From: Callorhinchus milii
Taxonomy: Eukaryota
Length of the DNA stretch: 36,503 bases
Assembly: GCF_018977255.1 (NCBI RefSeq)
Contig: NW_024705528.1
Span: forward strand, 1-36,503
Direction of reading: 5' to 3'
Shown: piece after piece, positions 33,832-36,503 of the stretch
Numbering within the stretch: position 1 is the stretch's first letter
How the letters are laid out: each line of letters starts with the position of its first letter
Position numbers and translations under genes: made by a program
The notes under the pieces: model-generated
The model's database searches: none
Told to the model about the DNA's origin: nothing
The model's input: the letters and a program-made list of their open reading frames with translations, nothing else

Positions 33832-36503
33832 ATGAGGAGCTGCGTACAATGTGTGGATTATTATTGTCGAGATCAGGAGCTGAAAGCTCCAGCCTGATGT
33901 TCATTGTGTCACATGTGACTTACTTTAGACTTTTCTCTGTGCAAATTAGCTCTTTATTCGTTCACAAACACAACAGGCGCTTCACAGTCGATTCCGAGAA
34001 AGGATTGTGCCGTGGGCCCAGTGTGAAAGGTGCAATACAACCACAAGCTATAATGTATAAGGACACAGATTATAAAAGGTTCAGCCTCGTGGCCATCACC
34101 GCCAACACAGTCATGGCTGAGGGTTTCTCCTCATTTACCTGTCATCCGGCAGATCCTTAGAGGCTCAGAGTTTTTGCCCGCCGTCGTTCAAACAGGGACT
34201 GAAGAAAGGATAAAGTTTCTCAGTGAAAATCTGCGTGAAAGTGTGGAGATGAGACATGTTATCAGCGTTGTAAAATGTTACCTGTCCCCCTCATAGTCCA
34301 GGTAAACTCCCAGCTTCCCGGTCTCTCTCTCAGGGATAGGCGGGTGGAGATGAGGTAAAGCTTTATATTCATCCCCGTTTCTCAGCCACACAGCCCAAAA
34401 TCCATTCTCTGGTGACAGTGTGATCAATCCTTTCCTGTTGACAGAATCTCGAGCGATTCCCACATCCCAGTCTGTCTTGTTGGCCACCTGCACCTCCCAG
34501 TAATGTCTCCCTGAATTGAAGCCCTCAGACGCCAGGACACTGACACTGCGATCAAACCTTTCGGGGAGTCATGGAGCTGCTGCCGTGTACTTCCGTGTCT
34601 TACGCTGGTCAGGTCCTCAGAGAGGATAAGTTTGGGATAGGCTGTTTCAGGATCCAGAGTCAGGGAGGCCGGAGCTGAGGGAGAGACACAACACAATGTT
34701 GAGTGAGGGACATCTGGGAGCTCAGAATGTGCGTGAACGCATCTCACCTGGGGACACAATGCAGCTCAGAGGGTCAGATGTGTGTGTGTGTGTGTGGGGG
34801 TGGGGGGGGGTGGGGGGTGGTGGGATGGGCTGGGAATTGGTGTGTGTGTGTGTGAGGATGTTTTGTGATTGTGTGTGAGTGATTGTGAATGTGTATGTGT
34901 GTTTGTGTGTATGATGGGTGTGTGTGAAGGTGTGTGCGAGGGTGAGTGTGTGTGTGCGCGAGTGTGTGTGAGAGTGTGTGAGGGCTGTGTGTGTGTGGGT
35001 ATGTGTGTGAGCCCCCGTGTGTGTATGTTTATTTGTGAGAGTTATGTGAGTGTGTGTGTTACGGGATGTGTTAATGTGTGTGAGGGTAAGTATTTGAGTG
35101 TGTGTGAGGGTGCTTGTGAGGGTGTGTATGCGAGTGTGTGTGAGGGTGTGTGTGAAAGGGTTTTATGTGAGGCTATGTGTGAGTTTGTGCGCGATGATCT
35201 ATGCGTGTGATTGTGTGAGTGGATGTGCGAGTGTTTGTGTGATGTTCTGTGTGAGTGTTTGTATGATGGTTTGTGAGCGGAGTTGTAAGAGAGGGGTTGT
35301 TTAATTATGTGTGTGAGTGTCTGTGTCATCCGGTGTTTGAGGGGTGTGTGATGGTCTTTTTGAAGGGGTGTGTGAGGCATTATTTGAGGGGGTGTGTGAG
35401 GGTGTGTGTGAGGGGTGCGTGTGAGGGTCTGCGTGAGGGTGTGTGTGAGGGTGTGTGTAAAGTTTGCGTGTGAGAGTCAGTTTGAGGGATTGCGTTAGAG
35501 AGTGTGTGATGCTATGTTTGTGGGAGCGCGTGAGGTGTTGTGTGTGAGGTTTTATGATGGATGTGTATGAGGTTTTCTGTGTGGTTTTGTGTTTGAGAAA
35601 GTGTGTGAGGGGCTGCCTTTACGGATGTGTCAACGGGTTGTTTGTGTGTGAGAAGATATGAAAGGGTGTGTGTGAGGGGATGCGTGATGTTGTGTGAGGG
35701 GGTGTGTGGGCTTGTGTGTGATCGTGTATGTGAAGGTCAGAATGAGTGTTTGTGTGATGGTTTGTGACAGCGGTTGTGTGTGAGGGTGTGTGTGTGTGTC
35801 TGCGTTTCTGAGTGACGGTGTGTGAGGCTGTGTGTGAAGGGTGTATCTGAAGGCATTTGTAAGTGTTTGTGTGTGATGTGGTGTGAGTGTGTATATGAGA
35901 GGATGTGAGATGTGTTGTGAGAGGATGTGTGTGAGTGTGTGTGTGAGGGGGTTTGTGATGGTGTGTTTGAAATTGTGTGTTAGGTTGTATGAGGTAATGT
36001 GTGAGAGGTGTGTGTCAGGGTCTGTGTGAATGAGTGCGAGCAGGTGTGCAATTGTTTATGTCTGGGCCTGTGTGGGTGTGTGTGAGGGGTTATATGAGTG
36101 TGTATGTGAGGCTGTGTTTGAGCGTGTGTGTGATGGTCTGTGCGAGGGTATGAGTGTGGGTATGTGTGGCAGTGTCTTTGTGACGGGTGTGTGTGATCGC
36201 GTGTGGGAGTGTGTGTATATCAGTGTCTGTGTGAGGTTGTGTGTGAGGGTGTGTGTGAGGGCGCGTGTGAGGGTGTGTGAAGGTGTGTGTGTCACGGTCT
36301 GTGTGTGCGGGAACCTGTGAAGGGTTGTTATATGTGTTGTGTGAGAGTGTGTGTATCAGGGTCTGTGTGAGGGTGCGTGTGAGGATGTGTGTGAGGGCTT
36401 GTGTGAGGGTGTGTGTGACGTTGTGAGTGAGATTCTGTTTGAGGGTTACGTGAGTGTTTATGTGAGTGTCTGTGTGAAGGTCTGCGTGAGTGGGTGTGTG
36501 ACG
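33832..36503 (+). repeat. Direct duplication of 26659-29341
   Basis: Near-identical; the offset falls from 7173 to 7162 through 1-bp indels. Confidence 0.9.
34131..34675 (-). pseudogene. Second copy of the type B B30.2 exon with several 1-bp indels
   Basis: Matches 26962-27509 except for single-base indels, mostly in homopolymers; split across ORFs 34278..34493 and 34424..34759. Confidence 0.75.

Overview
Vertebrate genomic DNA, most likely a cartilaginous fish (inferred from the CR1/L2 LINE remnants and tRNA-derived SINEs). It holds a recently duplicated cluster of B30.2 (PRY/SPRY) immune genes on the minus strand. There are two six-exon RING/B-box/coiled-coil/B30.2 TRIM genes: 21216-16694 is intact at 473 aa, and 10338-5879 has a 1-bp deletion in exon 1. 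An orphan frameshifted B30.2 exon lies at 11827-11294, a divergent intact B30.2 exon at 27509-26962, and an indel-riddled copy of the latter at about 34130-34675. The ORF track misses plus-strand butyrophilin-like exons: a transmembrane exon at 30518-30637 and micro-exons at 31587-31604 and 32447-32473. They sit in a block that looks inverted relative to the divergent B30.2 exon, which suggests TRIM and BTN-like genes share and exchange one B30.2 cassette. Other elements are ISRE+ETS motifs next to both TRIM start codons, CTCF-like motifs and GC-box clusters in the duplicated spacers, a MITE-like inverted repeat, LINE/SINE fragments, minisatellites and long GT/CA-rich introns. Most ORFs in the track are artefacts of these repeats.
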